Positions 49,801 through 59,666 are shown, numbered from the whole stretch's first letter. The stretch: DNA of 61,372 nt, filler included, from 4 parts of 4 records of this genome joined end to end with filler, not necessarily neighbours in it, one strand, 5' to 3'. A program made the numbers and translations. Notes: a model not told the origin generated them from the sequence alone.

Positions 49801-51339
49801 ATGAGTGATTCCAAAGGACTACCCCCTTCATTGCTGGACATCAGTAACTTTTCAGATGGTGGATTGAAAGTACTGGTGGTGGAAGACAATGATTCGGACT
49901 TTGAGCTGATGTGCTACCGCCTTAAACAAGGTGGATTGAAGTACACAGCGACGCGGGTAGACCGCATCGAAGATTTGCGAAAATGCCTGGAACACGAGGA
50001 GTGGCAGGTGGTGATTTCGGATCACAACCTGCCTGGCTTCGGCTCTGAGGAGGCCCTGCGTGTGGTGCGCGATTCGGGGCTGGACATTCCTTTCATTATT
50101 GTGTCAGGCAGCATTGGTGAACATGTCGCAGTCGAGGCCATGCGTGCGGGTGCCGACGATTATTTGATGAAAGACAAAATGGCGCGTCTGGTGCCAGCCA
50201 TCGAGCGTTCCTTGCGGGCTGCAAATGAACGGCGAAGCCTGGCCGCAGCTGAACTGGCGCAGCGGGAGTCTGAGCGTCGGTTTGCAGCCATCGCAGAGAA
50301 TATTCCAGGCATAATTTTTCAAATGCAATCGGGCCCGTCAATGCCCCGCCCCACCGTACCTTTTGTGAGCGAAGGTGTGGTGCGTCTGTTTGGTGTGCCG
50401 CCGAGGTTGTTTCTCGAAAATCCACATTATTTCTTCGAGCAGTTTGAACCCGACGATGCCGCAACCCTTTTTGAGCTTTTGATGGACCCGCCCAAACCTG
50501 GCGTGCCGGTGAGTTGGGAAGGTCGAATCAAGAATTACGGCAAACGCGAATCGCGTTGGGTCTACATGAACGCAGTAGCCAAACCTCGGGGCAGCATGTT
50601 TGTGTGGGATGGCGTGTTGCTCGACATCTCGGATCGCAAACAGGCCGAAGAACGCTTGCTGAATGCACAGACCGAGTTGCGCCTTGTAACCACCGAGTTT
50701 GAGAAAAGACGTGAACAGGAACGCGGCGCAATTGCCCGTGAAATTCACGATGACATGGGCGGATCGCTCACCAAGTTAAAAGCAGACGTGGCCTGGCTGA
50801 ACAAGAACATGACTCTGGATGTTGCATCGCAAGAAAAACTCGATGACATGCTGGAACTGATTGAACATTTGCTGGCGAGCAGCCAGCGGATCGCCAAGGA
50901 TTTGCGCCCCGGAATTCTGGACTACGGCTTGATTCCTGCCCTGGAGTGGCAGATGAATGACTTCCAGAAGCGCACCCAGATTGAGGGCACGTTCCAGTGC
51001 AATGTTGAAGAACTGGACCTGGACAGCGAACAAAGCACAGCGTTGTTCAGGATCTTGCAAGAGGCCCTGACCAACATTGTGAAACATGCACAGGCCACAC
51101 GGGTTGACGTCGAACTGTTTGTAACAGAAAGTGAATTAACACTGGAGATTCGTGACAATGGTCGAGGAATCGAGAATACTGATAAATTGAAAGAAACATC
51201 GTTCGGCCTTCGTGGCATGCAAGAACGGGTTGCAGCCTTTGAGGGTTGGGTCGATGTCAGCGGATCCTTGGGATCCGGGACAACGGTCATGGTTTCGATA
51301 CCAAGAAGCATTCAGACAGGTGAGGCGGGAAATGATTAA
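49801..51339 (+). CDS. REC-PAS-HisKA_3 sensor histidine kinase
   Basis: N-terminal REC, PAS-like middle, REIHDDMG H-box, QEALTNIVKHA, DNGRG, GLRGMQER. Confidence 0.9.
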   Translation: MSDSKGLPPSLLDISNFSDGGLKVLVVEDNDSDFELMCYRLKQGGLKYTATRVDRIEDLRKCLEHEEWQVVISDHNLPGFGSEEALRVVRDSGLDIPFIIVSGSIGEHVAVEAMRAGADDYLMKDKMARLVPAIERSLRAANERRSLAAAELAQRESERRFAAIAENIPGIIFQMQSGPSMPRPTVPFVSEGVVRLFGVPPRLFLENPHYFFEQFEPDDAATLFELLMDPPKPGVPVSWEGRIKNYGKRESRWVYMNAVAKPRGSMFVWDGVLLDISDRKQAEERLLNAQTELRLVTTEFEKRREQERGAIAREIHDDMGGSLTKLKADVAWLNKNMTLDVASQEKLDDMLELIEHLLASSQRIAKDLRPGILDYGLIPALEWQMNDFQKRTQIEGTFQCNVEELDLDSEQSTALFRILQEALTNIVKHAQATRVDVELFVTESELTLEIRDNGRGIENTDKLKETSFGLRGMQERVAAFEGWVDVSGSLGSGTTVMVSIPRSIQTGEAGND

Positions 51340-51961
51340 GGTGCTGCTGGCAGATGACCATGCATTGCTTCGGGGAAGCCTGAAGCAGTTGCTGGATGAC
51401 ACAGGCTTTGTACAGGTGGTAGCCCAGGCGGGCGAATATTCGGAAATCATGAAAGCCATGACTTCCAACACGGTTGATTTGGCAATACTGGACATTTCAA
51501 TGCCGGGTAAAAACGGTGTGGATATTGTCAAGATCCTGAAGGACAAATACCCTGCCCTGAAAATCCTGATGTTGTCGATGCACCCTGAAGACCAGTATGC
51601 AGTGCGCTGTTTGAAGGCCGGCGCTTCCGGCTACCTGACCAAGAATACCGCCCCTGAAAAACTGGTGGATGCCATTCAGGTCATTGCAGCGGGCCGCAAG
51701 TACATCACTCCTGAATTGGCAGAATCTCTGGCCAGCCACTTGACTGAGGACTCTGAAAAACCACTGCACGCCTCGCTCAGTGACCGTGAATTTCAAACCA
51801 TTCGCATGATTGCTGCAGGCAAGAAGCTGAGCGAAATTGCGGATGAGCTGTCGCTGAGCCCGAAGACTGTAAGCGTTTACCGGGCGCGGATTCTTGAAAA
51901 AATGCGCATGAAAACCAATGGTGAACTCACGCGCTATGCGTTGGAGAACGGGCTGATCTAA
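51332..51961 (+). CDS. NarL/UvrY-family response regulator (REC-LuxR HTH)
   Basis: ADDH, DISMPG, LSDREFQ..IADELSLSPKTVS; ATG overlaps the end of the kinase gene. Confidence 0.92.
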   Translation: MIKVLLADDHALLRGSLKQLLDDTGFVQVVAQAGEYSEIMKAMTSNTVDLAILDISMPGKNGVDIVKILKDKYPALKILMLSMHPEDQYAVRCLKAGASGYLTKNTAPEKLVDAIQVIAAGRKYITPELAESLASHLTEDSEKPLHASLSDREFQTIRMIAAGKKLSEIADELSLSPKTVSVYRARILEKMRMKTNGELTRYALENGLI

Positions 51962-51995
51962 GCTTGCTCGGCCGTTCGTTAACTGCCCGATCATC

Positions 51996-52101
51996 GGCTT
52001 GGGTTCAACTCTCTCGCAGCTTTCTTAATCACCCAATTGGCTTGGGTTCCGATCTCTCGGAGCTCATTAGTCGCCCACTCGGCTTGGGTTCCGATCTCTC
52101 G
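51996..52101. repeat. Three copies of a 21-bp motif with 42-43 bp period
   Basis: GGCTTGGGTTCAACTCTCTCG (51996), GGCTTGGGTTCCGATCTCTCG (52039, 52081). Confidence 0.8.
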
Positions 52102-52133
52102 CCAGTAAACCTGTATTTCCCTTTTTGATATTC

Positions 52134-52233
52134 NNNNNNNNNNNNNNNNNNNNNNNNNNNNNNNNNNNNNNNNNNNNTTAATTAATTAANNNNNNNNNNN
52201 NNNNNNNNNNNNNNNNNNNNNNNNNNNNNNNNN
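52134..52233. other. Artificial contig linker
   Basis: N44-TTAATTAATTAA-N44. Confidence 0.99.
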
Positions 52234-53149
52234 CTTTCCGCTCAGTTCACCGGGCGCACTCGGAGTGTTCCATGCCGGTGGCTGCGTCGTGCTCGCCCCC
52301 AATCCGGAACCTCTTGCCTGTTTCGAGCTTATTCGCAAACACAAGGTGACGATGGCCGGTCTTGTGCCTTCCGCCGTCAATCTCTGGCTTCAGGCAGCGC
52401 CTGATCACCGCAAGGCGCTGGAGAGCCTGGAACTCCTGCAGGTGGGCGGCGCACATTTTCCCGAGTCCCATGCGCGTCTGGTTCCTCAGATACTTGGCTG
52501 CAAGCTGCAACAGGTCTTCGGAATGGCGGAAGGACTGGTGAATTACACCCGTCTGGATGATCCGGATGAGCTTGTCTTCACGACCCAGGGACGCCCGATC
52601 AGCCCTGACGACGAAATCAAGATTGTCGGAGAAGACGGGCAACCTGTTCCCGACGGCGAAACGGGCAGACTTGCGACGCGTGGTCCCTACACCTTCCGCG
52701 GTTACTTTCGAAGCCCGGAACACAATGCCGACGTCTTCGATGAGGACGGGTTCTACTATTCCGGTGACCTGGTGTGCCGCACCGGTGAAGGTTATCTGCG
52801 GGTGGTTGGACGGGTAAAGGACCAGATCAACCGGGGCGGCGAGAAGATAGCCGCGGAAGAGGTGGAAAGCCTGCTTCTGCTTCATCCTGATGTGCGTGAA
52901 GCGGCCCTTGTCGCCATCCAGGATCCGGCACTCGGCGAGAAAAGCTGCGCTGTCATTGTCTCGGACAACTCCTGCATCAAGCCGCTTGCTCTTCGCAGGC
53001 ACCTGATGTCGCTCGGAGTTGCCGATTACAAGCTGCCTGACCGCTTCAGTTTTGCGGACGCCATTCCCCTTACAGCCTTCGGCAAACCCGACAAGAAGAA
53101 ACTGCGCATGGATCTCGCGCAGAAATTCACTCCCGCTCTGACACAGTAG
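52234..53149 (+). CDS. entE: Partial 2,3-dihydroxybenzoate-AMP ligase
   Basis: FPLSSPGALGV, LQVGGA, QQVFGMAEGLVNYTRLDD, GPYTFRGY, SGD, KDQINRGGEKI; 5'-truncated. Confidence 0.92.
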
Positions 53150-53158
53150 AGGTTCCCA

Positions 53159-54025
53159 ATGACCATCCCGACAATTTCCGACTACCCGATGCCGAAGGAC
53201 TTTCCGGCGAACAAGACCGGCTGGAAACCGGATGCCGCTCGTGCTGTCTTCCTGATCCACGACATGCAGGATTATTTCCTGCGGTATTACAACGCCGACG
53301 GCGAACTGATGACGCGGTTGATCGCCAACCTGCAGCGTGTTCGCAACTGGGCCTACGCCAACAACGTCCCGGTCATCTACACGGCTCAGCCTCATGACCA
53401 GCCGCCGGAAGACCGAGCACTCCTGAACGACATGTGGGGTCCCGGCCTGACCGTGGCCGACCCGGCCCTGCAGCAGGTGGTCAAGGGACTGGAGCCCGGC
53501 GAAAACGACGTGGTTCTGACGAAATGGCGCTACAGTGCATTTCAACGATCCGACCTCAAGGCCCGCATGGCATCCCTTGGCCGCGATCAACTGATCGTCG
53601 GTGGCATCTACGCACATATCGGCTGCCTGATGACTGTTGCGGATGCGTTCATGAACGACATTCAGGCTTTCATGATTGGCGATGCGGTTGCCGATTTTTC
53701 CGAGGCCGAACACAAAATGGCCCTGAAATATGTCGCCACCCGCTGCGGTGCGGTCACAGATACGGCAAGCCTCACAGGTGCAGCCCAGAAGTCTGAGCCG
53801 ATGCGGGACTGGCTGCACAGCCGCGTGTTGGAGCTCATCGAAGACGACGCCGATCTCGATCCGGAAGAAAACCTGATTTTCTATGGCCTCGATTCCATTC
53901 AGGTCATGAAACTCGCCAGTGAACTGAAGGAACGCGGCATTGTGGTCGGCTTTGACGAACTTGCGCGTGTCCCGACCCTGAACGGCTGGTGGGCGCTCAT
54001 TGAAAGCAAGCGCCTTGCAGCCTGA
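53159..54025 (+). CDS. entB: Isochorismatase / aryl carrier protein
   Basis: LIHDMQDYF, WGPGL, KWRYSAF, YAHIGC; ArCP motif YGLDS. Confidence 0.95.
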   Translation: MTIPTISDYPMPKDFPANKTGWKPDAARAVFLIHDMQDYFLRYYNADGELMTRLIANLQRVRNWAYANNVPVIYTAQPHDQPPEDRALLNDMWGPGLTVADPALQQVVKGLEPGENDVVLTKWRYSAFQRSDLKARMASLGRDQLIVGGIYAHIGCLMTVADAFMNDIQAFMIGDAVADFSEAEHKMALKYVATRCGAVTDTASLTGAAQKSEPMRDWLHSRVLELIEDDADLDPEENLIFYGLDSIQVMKLASELKERGIVVGFDELARVPTLNGWWALIESKRLAA

Positions 54026-54044
54026 CACAACAGAGCGCTCCGAC

Positions 54045-54800
54045 ATGTCAACTCGGCAGTTCGCAGACAAGCGCGTGTTCGTAACCGGTGCCGCAAGCGG
54101 CATCGGTCGGCGCATCGCCGAAAGGTTTTGTGACGAGGGTGCCACGGTCCTTGGTCTGGACAGACAGGCCGGCGACAGCACCCTGCCATTTCGCATTCTC
54201 ACAGCGGACCTTGCCGATGCCCGTCAGGTTGAAAAGATCTCTAGCGGGCTCATGGCGGACCGGTGGTACCCGGACATCCTGGTGAATGCCGCCGGTGTCC
54301 TGCGAACCGGGGCGGCGGAGGATCTGTCGCTAGAGGATTGGCAGGCCTGTATGAACGTCAACGTCAGCGGACCGTTCTACCTGCTGCGCCAATGGATACC
54401 GGTGTTCAAGGAACGGCAAAGCGGGGCGATCGTGAACATTGCCTCCAACGCGGCGCATGTGCCGCGCACGGGCATGACTGCCTATTGCGCGTCCAAGGCG
54501 GCGATGGCGAGCCTCAGCCATTGCATCGGGCTGGAACTCGCGCCCTTCGGCATCCGCTGCAACCTTGTCTCGCCGGGTTCGACCGATACGCCGATGCTGC
54601 GCGAGATGGCAGGTGGAGCATCCGGCTACAGGCAGCTGGTCGCGGGCCAACCGGATCGGTTCAAACTCGGCATTCCACTGCAAAAGGTAGCCACGACCGA
54701 CGATATTGCCGAGACGGTGCTGTTTCTTGCATCCGACAAGGCCGGGCACATCACGCTGCAGGACATCGTGGTCGATGGAGGTGCGACCCTGGGCGCCTGA
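54045..54800 (+). CDS. entA: 2,3-dihydro-2,3-dihydroxybenzoate dehydrogenase
   Basis: TGAASGIG, SNAAHVPR, YCASK, VSPGSTDTPM, FKLGIPL, DGGATLGA. Confidence 0.93.
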   Translation: MSTRQFADKRVFVTGAASGIGRRIAERFCDEGATVLGLDRQAGDSTLPFRILTADLADARQVEKISSGLMADRWYPDILVNAAGVLRTGAAEDLSLEDWQACMNVNVSGPFYLLRQWIPVFKERQSGAIVNIASNAAHVPRTGMTAYCASKAAMASLSHCIGLELAPFGIRCNLVSPGSTDTPMLREMAGGASGYRQLVAGQPDRFKLGIPLQKVATTDDIAETVLFLASDKAGHITLQDIVVDGGATLGA

Positions 54801-54872
54801 CAGCCAGCCCCCTCCCCTGCCCCCCAGTGAGCCGGACCCTCCGGCAAATTTTCATTTACAAGGATTGCGAAA

Positions 54873-55916
54873 TTGACAGCACCAGCTCCCACACCTTCCG
54901 AACACCCGGCAGCCGTTCCGCCCTTCAAGCTGATGGCACAGATCACGGCATATCGTACGTCTCAGTGTATTCGTGCTCTTGTCGAGCTCGGGATACCCGC
55001 CCTCCTGGTCGAGCGGGCGAGATCGCTGGGAGAGCTTGCGGAAATCACTGGAACAAAGCCCCGTCTCCTGGAACGAGTGCTCAGGCACCTGGTCAATGAA
55101 GAAGTGATTTCCCTGGATGCCCAAGGGCATTACCTCCCCTCCCCTGTCACCCGCCACCTCGTGCCGGGGCATCCGCAGAGCCTGCGCAACTGGGTGGCCT
55201 GTGAACTCGACCCGTTACTCTGGCGAAGCTGGGAAAACCTGACCGAACAACTGCGAACCGGTACGACTGCCTTCGATCTGGCCCATGGCTCCGCGTTTTT
55301 CGATTGGCACGCACAGGATCAGGCCGCGCAAAAACGGTTCGATGACCAAATGAACGGGGCTTCAAAGGGCATCGGTGCTGTCGTCGTCGACAAACTGGCA
55401 TTCGCACCAGGCACCAGGATCATGGATGTCGGCGGCGGCAACGGGTCGTTTCTGGCACAAATTCTGGACAGGAACGCGGAAACCACGGGAACTCTGTTCG
55501 AACTTCCGCGCGGTGTCGAAGACCACGATCCGCTGTTCGAGCAGATGCGGTCAAACGGCCGGGCAACTACTCAAAACGGGTCCTTCTTCGAACATGTACC
55601 AGGTGATGCCGATGTTTATCTGTTCAGCCGGGTCTTCCATGACTTTGACGACGAAGCTGCGATCACCATCCTGCAGAACACCAGCCAATCCCTGAGCGGA
55701 AAAGAGCGCCTTTACCTGATCGACATGATGACCAGCGACGCTGCTGCCGATGCCCGCGGGTCGTCCCAGGATATCTTCATGATGACGCAGCTCGGCGGCA
55801 GGGAGCGGACGGCGGACGAATTTATCGAACTGTTGGCGAAGGCAGGTTTTGAGACTTCTTCCATAGCACCGACGGCGAGCCCCGTCAGCATTCTGGAATT
55901 CAGGCTGGCAGGTTGA
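54873..55916 (+). CDS. SAM-dependent O-(or N-)methyltransferase, COMT/PhzM-like with dimerisation domain
   Basis: N-terminal wHTH-like region, DVGGGNG, GSFF, SRVFHDFDD, GGRERT. Confidence 0.88.
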   Translation: MTAPAPTPSEHPAAVPPFKLMAQITAYRTSQCIRALVELGIPALLVERARSLGELAEITGTKPRLLERVLRHLVNEEVISLDAQGHYLPSPVTRHLVPGHPQSLRNWVACELDPLLWRSWENLTEQLRTGTTAFDLAHGSAFFDWHAQDQAAQKRFDDQMNGASKGIGAVVVDKLAFAPGTRIMDVGGGNGSFLAQILDRNAETTGTLFELPRGVEDHDPLFEQMRSNGRATTQNGSFFEHVPGDADVYLFSRVFHDFDDEAAITILQNTSQSLSGKERLYLIDMMTSDAAADARGSSQDIFMMTQLGGRERTADEFIELLAKAGFETSSIAPTASPVSILEFRLAG

Positions 55917-56002
55917 TGCAGCCACTCCCCTCACCTCTCGCGCGGAAAATCGGTTCGCGTCAGACAGATATTTAAGCGGCTAATTTTCTTAAGAAATCAA
56001 TG

Positions 56003-56041
56003 TTCTGCCGGCGGCACGGGTTTCCCCAGCCGCCGGCAGAA
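56003..56041. terminator. Hairpin between convergent methyltransferase and receptor genes
   Basis: TTCTGCCGGCGGC...GCCGCCGGCAGAA perfect 13-bp stem. Confidence 0.75.
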
Positions 56042-56060
56042 TTGTGTCGTGAAGCCTGAT

Positions 56061-58163
56061 TTAGAACGTTGCCTTTGCACCAATGCCGAACATGCGCGGT
56101 GCTGTCATGGTGGCGAAGGAAGCGACACCAGGCCGGTTCTCGAGATAGGTCGGAACACGCTCGTCGAAGATATTGTTCACGTAGCCATAAAGCTGGAAAT
56201 GATCGTGAACCTGGTAGGTCGCCCGTGCATTCGCGATTGTATAGGGATCGACCTGGAAAGCCGGCGTGTTGAGATCGTCCGAATAGTACCCGTCGAAATG
56301 CTCGACATTTGCCGAGAGGGTCAGGTTTTCCAGCACACTCCAGTCCACACCAAAGCCCAGCATATAGCCCGGAGCCTTGCCGAATTCATTGCCTTCGACC
56401 GACGGCAGCGTGTCGAATTCGGAGATCTCGCTCTGAAGCACACCGGCATTGGCATTCGCACGCAGATTGTCCAGGACCTGGTAGCTCATCGCCACTTCAA
56501 GACCATAGGCGTGGGCCCGTTCCGCGTTCAACGTGAGGAGCTGCGTCACGCTGCTGCCAGGCAACACCGTTTGGAAGTAACGCTGGGAGTCGTGATAGTC
56601 GGTGTAGAACAGGTTTGCGGACACAAACAGTTTGTCGTCCAGAAGATTGGCACGGCCGAAAATTTCATAGTTCCAGGACGTCTCCGCCTTGAACGGCAGG
56701 GCTTGTCCGTTCAGGAAGTCGAAGGCAACACCACCTGGATTGAAACCCCGATTGACAAGGCCGCCCACGGTAACGTCAGGCGTGATGTTGTAGGCGAGCG
56801 CAATCTTCGGCAGAAGCGCGTTGAAGGTCTCGTCGTAATCGAAATCCACGGGCCTGGGCGCAACCGTCGACGACAGGCCGGTGCGCTTGATCCGGTCGCT
56901 TTCGAACCTCAAGCCGCCTGTCAGGGTCCAGGCATCGCTGATCCGGTAATCGATCTCGGTGAATACACCCAGATTGGTCTTGGAATCCTCGAAATCCGGC
57001 GAACCGTTGAAGGGCAAGAGCAGGGTTTCGTCTGACTGTGTATGAGCTGCATAAAGGCCCGCAACACCACTGAAAGTGCTGTCTTGGGTTCCGAAGTTCA
57101 CCAGGGTCTCGTTCGACCAGTTCTGCTGGTCGATGGTCGCATCGCCGTTGCCGACTGTTTCGACGCTCCGCTTCACTTCCAGATCGGTGTATTGGGTGAC
57201 GTTGCTGACGACAATTCCGTTTTCGAACTCATAGGAAAGGTCGGCGATCCCGGTGTGTGAACGGGAATAGAAGCTCGGCACGTTTGCCTGGCTGTTTTCA
57301 AGCCGGTCGTAGGGCTGGACCGTCGCAGCTTCATATGTCGGCTGATTGTTCTGAGCGGTCGCATAGGTGAGCTTTGCCGTCAGACCCGGAATGGCGTCCG
57401 GCGTATAGAGCAACTTCGCCCGTCCATTGAAGGACATGATGTCGAGGTTGGTCTCGTCATCCGTGAAGCTTGCATTGATGTAGTCGATGAACGTGTCACG
57501 GCCGTAGTAGTCCAGCGCGACACGGGCGGCCAGCTGGCTGCTCAGCGGTCCGCTCAGCATGCCCGACACACGGTGAGTGTTGTAGCTGCCGTATTCAGCC
57601 TGCAGCGCACCTTCCGGCGTGAACGTGGGATCCTTGGTCTTGACGATGATCGCACCGGCGATGCTATTCGCACCTTGAGACGTTGTCTGTGGGCCCCGGA
57701 ACACTTCGATCTGGTCCACATCCCAGATCGATGTCGCACCGAACACCGTTTCGAAATAGGTCTGGTAGTGTCCGTCTATGTTGATGGACGCCCGAGGAAC
57801 GGTACCTGAATAAAACGCGACCGCGCCAGTGTTCGGCCCTTGTGTATCCTGCCCGCGGATAATGGGCGCAACGCCTGCCGTGCCGGGATAGTAGACGTTG
57901 GGAACGTCCTGAATGGCACTCTGGACATTTTCCTCATCCGGACGTGTTTCCAGATCCTCCCCCGTAATGATTTCAACCGAACTGGCCGTCTCCTGAAGGC
58001 TGCGCGAAATCTTCTCGCCGCTCACGAGGATCGTATCGAGGACAGTTACGTCTGCAGCTGTTCCGGTTCCTGCATCTTGAGCCCATGCGATGCTGGTAAC
58101 CATCTGTGAAACGGTGAGCACGGCGGTGCTGCCAAGCATCGTCGCAATACGAGTCGGTTTCAT
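56061..58163 (-). CDS. TonB-dependent (siderophore-type) outer membrane receptor
   Basis: Signal peptide, TonB box DTILVS, plug QIEVFRGPQTT..GAI, C-terminal NNIFD..PRMFGIGAKATF. Confidence 0.93.
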   Translation of the reverse strand: MKPTRIATMLGSTAVLTVSQMVTSIAWAQDAGTGTAADVTVLDTILVSGEKISRSLQETASSVEIITGEDLETRPDEENVQSAIQDVPNVYYPGTAGVAPIIRGQDTQGPNTGAVAFYSGTVPRASINIDGHYQTYFETVFGATSIWDVDQIEVFRGPQTTSQGANSIAGAIIVKTKDPTFTPEGALQAEYGSYNTHRVSGMLSGPLSSQLAARVALDYYGRDTFIDYINASFTDDETNLDIMSFNGRAKLLYTPDAIPGLTAKLTYATAQNNQPTYEAATVQPYDRLENSQANVPSFYSRSHTGIADLSYEFENGIVVSNVTQYTDLEVKRSVETVGNGDATIDQQNWSNETLVNFGTQDSTFSGVAGLYAAHTQSDETLLLPFNGSPDFEDSKTNLGVFTEIDYRISDAWTLTGGLRFESDRIKRTGLSSTVAPRPVDFDYDETFNALLPKIALAYNITPDVTVGGLVNRGFNPGGVAFDFLNGQALPFKAETSWNYEIFGRANLLDDKLFVSANLFYTDYHDSQRYFQTVLPGSSVTQLLTLNAERAHAYGLEVAMSYQVLDNLRANANAGVLQSEISEFDTLPSVEGNEFGKAPGYMLGFGVDWSVLENLTLSANVEHFDGYYSDDLNTPAFQVDPYTIANARATYQVHDHFQLYGYVNNIFDERVPTYLENRPGVASFATMTAPRMFGIGAKATF

Positions 58164-58326
58164 CTCTTGATCCTGATGAGTTGATGACTGCGCGAGCTGG
58201 AAAAGCCTTGCCCACGAGCAGTTGGGGAGAGACGACCCTGTCACCGGTTGCGGCTCATGCTTGCCCCAGCCGCCGGTGACCGGATCAACTGAATTTCACT
58301 ATACAGAACTCGTTACACATTTCAAC

Positions 58327-58343
58327 ATGAGTATAAAACTCAT
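58327..58343. promoter_or_regulatory. Putative iron-responsive operator (TGA-N9-TCA, RirA/IRO-like)
   Basis: ATGAGT-ATAAA-ACTCAT palindrome between the receptor gene and iclR. Confidence 0.55.
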
Positions 58344-58535
58344 AAATAAATGTGGCGAACCGGCAACACCTTCAGTCAACAAACTGAATTTCAACGGAAA
58401 ATCTGCTGCATTCACGATTGAACTTGCAACGGTTGCCAAATACCCTGTCGGTGAAATGGGAGGGGTGTGCGTTGTCGAAATTTTCAGATTGGTTGCACGA
58501 CGAATCCAGGCATCAGTCGATTAAGGTGCCAGGCA

Positions 58536-59330
58536 ATGAGTGAAGACGCAGATGGTCAAACGACCGGACAATCACCCAAACGCTCCGGTAACATTCAATC
58601 CGTTTCCATTGCCACGCGATTCTTGAACATCCTGGCCAATGGGTCCGAAGCCATGGCACTTGGCGTCATCGCCAAACAGGCCGGCACCGGCAGCCCGACC
58701 GCACACCGATACCTTCAAAGCCTGGTGAAGGAGGGGCTCGTCATGCAAGACCCCCAGACCGGGCACTACGATCTTGGCCCGACAGCGCTGAGTATCGGCA
58801 TTGGCGCATTGAAACGTGTAAACCCTGTAGAGATCGCGGCAAGGCACACGAAGCAACTCGCCAGTGGCTACGCCGCAAGTGCGGGCATTGCCATCTGGAC
58901 CGAGCGTGGCCCAACAGTCGTGCGCTGGTATCGGAGCGCACTTTTTTCGATCAGTTCCGTCGGGCTTGGTGACGTCCTTCCGGTCGACAATTCAGCGTGC
59001 GGTCTGGTCTTCCAGGCATTCCTTCCCGAAAGCCAGATCAACGTTGCCAGGAAATTGCAGCCACCTCATTTCCGAGGCAAACCACCCTCGCGCAAGATCC
59101 TCGAGACCGTTCGCGCCGAGTGCTGGGCCGAACTGACCGACCACCTGCTGCCAGGTATTACGGGACAGGCTGTACCGGTGTTTGATGCACAGCAGGAGAT
59201 TGCCTGCGTCATGACGACGGTCACAAATCTCGGCCTCATGCACAAGCCCGAGGACAGAAATGCTCTGTTCGACTGCGCCAGGCAAGCTGCTCGGGAAACT
59301 GGTGGCCTGGATGCGTTCACGGGTTTGTAA
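58536..59330 (+). CDS. IclR family transcriptional regulator
   Basis: IQSV..LNIL, PTAHRYLQSLVKEGLVMQD..YDLG HTH; NSACGLVF; AVPVFD. Confidence 0.9.
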   Translation: MSEDADGQTTGQSPKRSGNIQSVSIATRFLNILANGSEAMALGVIAKQAGTGSPTAHRYLQSLVKEGLVMQDPQTGHYDLGPTALSIGIGALKRVNPVEIAARHTKQLASGYAASAGIAIWTERGPTVVRWYRSALFSISSVGLGDVLPVDNSACGLVFQAFLPESQINVARKLQPPHFRGKPPSRKILETVRAECWAELTDHLLPGITGQAVPVFDAQQEIACVMTTVTNLGLMHKPEDRNALFDCARQAARETGGLDAFTGL

Positions 59331-59666
59331 GCCCCCTCCCCTCTCCGGGGATTTGCAATACAGCAGGCTCGCAAAAAGCTTTTGGCCGGAACGGCTCCAA
59401 TCAAAAGGTCGGCGACCATCTAAAAGCCCACCTGGCACTCGTTGCCCAATCCGCCAGAAAGATCTTCGGGAGTGAAGCAGGCCCTGGCATCTGACGAACC
59501 GCCCTCATAGGGCACCTGCCCAATCTTTTGCCGCGTATTTTTGCCATGCATCGCAGGACTGTTCGCCTGGAACCCCCGCATTACAAATCACGATCATGGC
59601 CGAACAATCGACGGAATTGGCACCAGGCTCTTTGTGCCTCCACGAACGCTCAGCACAGCACCGGCC

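Noticed and set aside
51996-52101. Possible mini CRISPR array
   Set aside because: Only three 21-bp cores, 21-22 bp spacers that resemble each other, and no cas genes; kept as a tandem repeat instead
52247-54202. 651-aa minus-strand ORF (similarly 628-1548, 6963-7871, 30169-31245, 56049-57035)
   Set aside because: Antisense shadows of well-supported genes in GC-rich DNA; no recognisable motifs
58164-58330. Cobalamin riboswitch upstream of the TonB receptor
   Set aside because: Conserved B12-element motifs not seen; the context points to siderophore uptake
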